Part shown: in pieces, positions 6,521 through 9,014 of the stretch
Position numbering within the stretch: position 1 is the stretch's first letter
Layout: each line of letters begins with the position of its first letter
Origin: Candidatus Auribacterota bacterium
GTDB lineage: Bacteria; Auribacterota; UBA6266
Assembly: GCA_023136205.1 (NCBI GenBank)
Contig: JAGLRQ010000021.1
Coordinates: 1-9,014, forward strand
Direction of reading: 5' to 3'
Length of the DNA: 9,014 nucleotides
The notes under the pieces: model-generated
The model's database searches: none
The model's input: the letters and a program-made list of their open reading frames with translations, nothing else
Told to the model about the DNA's origin: nothing
Position numbers and translations under genes: made by a program

Positions 6521-8569
6521 CTATCCCCTTTTTTCGTACCACCATTTTTCCCATTTCCGGACTGCTTCGTATTTCTCAGAAGAAAGAGCATTTTTGGTAT
6601 ATCCAAAATTATTTCCTGTCAATCCCCTTAACGATGACGCAGAATTAAGCCTTACGTTAATGGCTTCATCAGTGCTAAGCGCGTCCAAAAGAACTTTTAT
6701 TGTATTATTGTCATCTTCGCCTATCTTGCCAAGTGTTTCGGCGGCAACAGCTCTTACATAAGGCTGATCCTTCTTCAATGCCGATTGAACTTCCTGTAAA
6801 TACTTACGGGCATTAAACTCTGCAATGGCCTGAAGTACAGCCACGCGCACAATATAATTTTCGTCACTTAATTTTTCAGCTACATTATCGACAACACTTC
6901 TATTCCCGCAAAATATAAGATAAGAAATTGACGCAACCCTTACATTAGGAGAAGAGTCATCAAGTAACTTTAAAGCTTTCTTAACTGCTTTTTTATCGCC
7001 TATCTTTTCCAGTGATTTAAGGCTGGTAACCCTTATAAAAGGATCTGAATCTTTCAATCCTTTAAGAAGAATTGCCGACGATTCCGACTTTCCTAAAAGG
7101 CCCACTGCTATAACAATACTGCGCCTTATATCAGAATTTTCGCTGTTCATACAGTTGTACAGAGTATCACCATAATTCATCAATGCCTTGGCGGCTGCCC
7201 TCGAAATTTCAGGGTCCGGATCCTGGAACTTTTCAACTATTAAGCCAACCGCGCCGGGTGTTTTTATATCTCCAAGCGCCCGGATAGCTTCAATAGCTTC
7301 CGCTTTGTCTCTTGAATTTAAAACAATATTAATAAGCAGGCCTTCAGCGGATTCATCCCCGATTTTACCAAGTGATTTAAGAGCTTCAACTCTTATCCCG
7401 GTTCTTTCATCATCAAGCAAATAACGTAAAGCCTTATCAGCTCTTTTATCACCAATATTTCCAAGAGCTATGGCAGAGTAGTATCTCACCTGCCACTCAT
7501 CATCTGCAGTCCCTTTAATAAGGCATGGAATTGCTTCGTTGGCACCTGCCTCGGTCAGCCAGCCGGAGGCATCAATCCTGGCATTGAGATTAGTCGAACC
7601 CATTGCCTGGATGAGAGCTTTTAAAAGAGCCTGCCGATCCATTTTTTTAAGGGTTTCAAAAGTAACTTCCCTTACATCGCCGCTTTCATCGGAAAGCATA
7701 GCTATAAGCGGCTGAACAGCCTTTTCATCATCAAGGATATTAAGAGCCATGACAGCCGATAACCTTACGTTACTGGATTTATCAGCCAGCATCCCGACAA
7801 TTTCATCAACAACGGATCTGCTTCCGATTTTCGCGAGAGCAACGGCAGATGCGGCTCTCACACCCGCATTTGGGTCAAGAGTTGTTTCTATAAGAGGTTG
7901 TGTGGCTCTCTCATCACGCAGTTCACCCAGAGAAAAAACCACCATCTGTCTGGTATCAGGATTATCATCTTTCAATATTTTAATAAGAGCAGGAACAACA
8001 TTTTCGTTTCCCATTTTTCCAATGGCATAGATAGCTTTTTCTCTTACTTGTCTGTTTTCATCCTCTAATGCTGTTATAAGATCATCAAGAGAGGATTTAT
8101 CAGCAATAACCGCCAGTGATTCTGCACACGTTATACGCACACGGGCAATATTATCGTTTAGGAGCGCTTGTCTTAAAGCCACCACTCCTTCTTTGCTCGG
8201 GTATTCTCCCAGCATCTTGGCCGCGTATTCGCGGTTCACTCTTTTTCCATCCAGAAGAATTTTTATATAAACATCTGTACCATCTGCTCCAAGCTCACGC
8301 AGTTTCTTATACGCAACTCTTCTTGACCTGCCCCAGTTGCTATTAATCATCTTAAAAAGGGTGACTACTTCTGTTTCCTGATCAGCCTTTTTTACTTCCG
8401 CAGTAGTTTTCTTGGAAAAATCACCCTTATTTCCAATTGGTTTAGACTTTTCCACCTTCGTATCTTCCTCAACTCTAACGGTCGTTTTCTGGGTTCTCCT
8501 ATCTACAGCATAAGAAGGAACCGCAACAAAAAAAGCTAAAACAATAAGCACAATCTTTCCAATATTCAT
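6521..8569 (-). CDS. Exported HEAT-repeat (PBS-lyase/HEAT_2-like) protein, 682 aa
   Basis: Complete ORF. Strong SD GGGAGAGGA at 8572-8580. Signal peptide MNIGKIVLIVLAFFVAVPSYA followed by VD. About 18 tandem units carry the signature D.(n)VR..A..aLg.iGd..a...L. C-terminal tail GNNFGYTKNALSSEKYEAVRKWEKWWYEKRG. Confidence 0.9.
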   Translation of the reverse strand: MNIGKIVLIVLAFFVAVPSYAVDRRTQKTTVRVEEDTKVEKSKPIGNKGDFSKKTTAEVKKADQETEVVTLFKMINSNWGRSRRVAYKKLRELGADGTDVYIKILLDGKRVNREYAAKMLGEYPSKEGVVALRQALLNDNIARVRITCAESLAVIADKSSLDDLITALEDENRQVREKAIYAIGKMGNENVVPALIKILKDDNPDTRQMVVFSLGELRDERATQPLIETTLDPNAGVRAASAVALAKIGSRSVVDEIVGMLADKSSNVRLSAVMALNILDDEKAVQPLIAMLSDESGDVREVTFETLKKMDRQALLKALIQAMGSTNLNARIDASGWLTEAGANEAIPCLIKGTADDEWQVRYYSAIALGNIGDKRADKALRYLLDDERTGIRVEALKSLGKIGDESAEGLLINIVLNSRDKAEAIEAIRALGDIKTPGAVGLIVEKFQDPDPEISRAAAKALMNYGDTLYNCMNSENSDIRRSIVIAVGLLGKSESSAILLKGLKDSDPFIRVTSLKSLEKIGDKKAVKKALKLLDDSSPNVRVASISYLIFCGNRSVVDNVAEKLSDENYIVRVAVLQAIAEFNARKYLQEVQSALKKDQPYVRAVAAETLGKIGEDDNNTIKVLLDALSTDEAINVRLNSASSLRGLTGNNFGYTKNALSSEKYEAVRKWEKWWYEKRG
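6620..8281 (-). repeat. Protein-level tandem array: ~18 HEAT units with a 31-residue (93-nt) period inside the 6521..8569 CDS
   Basis: The conserved Arg of the V/I-R anchor falls at residues 145, 176, 207, 238, 269, 300, 331, 362 and 393, exactly 31 apart. It continues with small register shifts at about 482, 513, 544, 575, 606 and 640. The DNA copies have diverged. Only short shared strings remain, such as agtgatttaag at about 7012 and 7371 (LKSLEK/LKSLGK). Confidence 0.8.
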
Positions 8570-8588
8570 TTTCCTCTCCCTTTTAAAA

Positions 8589-9014
8589 TTATGATCTTAT
8601 TATAGAAAGAACTTCATCTCTTTTACGTTCCATCATCTCCCTTGTTTTTGCTTCAAGGTTTAATCTGAGAAGCGGTTCGGTATTCGAGGGTCTCACATTA
8701 AAATGCCAGTCTTCATAATCAATGGATACACCATCAAGATATGATATCTTCGCGTCTTTATACTTTTCGGCAATCTCTTTTATTTTAAGCTGCTGATCCT
8801 TCACATCTGTATTTATTTCACCGCTTATAAAATATTTTTCTTCCAAAGGCTTTAATATTTCACTTAATTTCATATTCTTTTCGCTCACCAGATTAAGCAT
8901 AAGTAGAGCAGGAATAAGACCGCTGTCTGCGTTATAATTATCTCTAAAATAATAGTGTCCCGTAACTTCACCGCCAAATATCGCTTTTTCTTTTCTCATT
9001 CTCTGTTTGAAAAA
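8589..9014 (-). CDS. Phosphomannomutase/phosphoglucomutase (alpha-D-phosphohexomutase family), C-terminal ~141 codons; 5' end lies beyond the window
   Basis: The frame stays open from 8999 to the window edge (FFKQR-MRKEKAIFGGEVTGHYYFRDNYNADSGLIPALLML...). This parallels E. coli CpsG/ManB as I recall it ([39 protein letters not shown]). The C-terminal motif DWHFNVRPSNTEPLLRLNLEA matches ([21 protein letters not shown]). The Met at 8999 in the ORF track is therefore internal. Confidence 0.9.
   Translation of the reverse strand, partial: FFKQRMRKEKAIFGGEVTGHYYFRDNYNADSGLIPALLMLNLVSEKNMKLSEILKPLEEKYFISGEINTDVKDQQLKIKEIAEKYKDAKISYLDGVSIDYEDWHFNVRPSNTEPLLRLNLEAKTREMMERKRDEVLSIIRS

Noticed and set aside
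6515-6534. Intrinsic terminator in the 19-bp convergent gap (ggat-ccct-atcc followed by cc and T6)
   Set aside because: The stem is only 4 bp and the T-run is simply the antisense of the HEAT C-terminal codons (EKRG). This is too weak to call.
2116-8346. Antisense ORFs within the other genes (2116..2364, 2671..3030, 2931..3221, 4367..4681, 4721..5062, 4893..5075, 5421..5654, 5453..5734, 7188..7424, 7749..8030, 8116..8346)
   Set aside because: Each is embedded opposite a longer ORF with clear family signatures. Their Ser/Phe/Leu/Ile-rich compositions look like reverse-strand artefacts, and none has a start context.
2033-8588. Three intergenic spacers of exactly 19 nt (2033-2051, 6502-6520, 8570-8588)
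   Set aside because: The three spacers share no sequence similarity and have different geometries (two tandem, one convergent). Treated as coincidence in a compact genome.
8997-8999. Met at 8999 as the start of a 136-aa protein
   Set aside because: The frame is open to the window edge. The upstream residues FFKQR continue the conserved phosphohexomutase sequence just before the GGE.(S/T)GH loop, so this is an internal Met of a truncated gene.
1-9014. Whole-window search for CRISPR repeats, tRNA/rRNA, IS ends, integrase, toxin-antitoxin or defence genes
   Set aside because: No spaced direct repeats, no structured GC-rich RNA-like segments and no gap long enough to hold one. Every long ORF has a housekeeping or structural-repeat character. 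Nothing supports a mobile or defence island.

Overview
AT-rich, densely coding window that reads as ordinary core genome from a diderm bacterium (it encodes LptD), possibly an uncultivated lineage. I support eight protein-coding genes, seven on the minus strand. In minus-strand order they are: the 3' part of a phosphomannomutase/phosphoglucomutase (runs off the right edge), an exported 682-aa HEAT-repeat protein, an 82-aa hypothetical, archaeal-type cofactor-independent phosphoglycerate mutase (ApgM), a DUF1846/UPF0371 protein, a small exported acidic protein, and LptD (runs off the left edge). One plus-strand gene encodes an exported TPR-like protein, convergent with the HEAT gene. The supplied ORF track has no entry for the LptD frame, which runs off the window edge. 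I hand-checked positions 2..2032 on the minus strand and found no stop codon. I recognised no rRNA, tRNA, CRISPR array, transposase, integrase or defence-like gene, and no intergenic gap exceeds about 120 nt. I do not see convincing evidence for a new multi-gene system here. The leads worth a second look are modest. The best is an in-frame signal peptide with no ATG/GTG/TTG start (probable CTG initiation) on a small exported protein 19 nt upstream of lptD. Others are the function-unknown DUF1846 gene beside apgM, an unusually regular 18 x 31-residue exported HEAT solenoid, an 82-aa hypothetical leading the minus-strand gene string, a possibly leaderless TPR gene, and a perfect 22-bp palindrome next to the DUF1846 ribosome-binding site. 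All homology calls come from my recognition of motifs, not from database searches.
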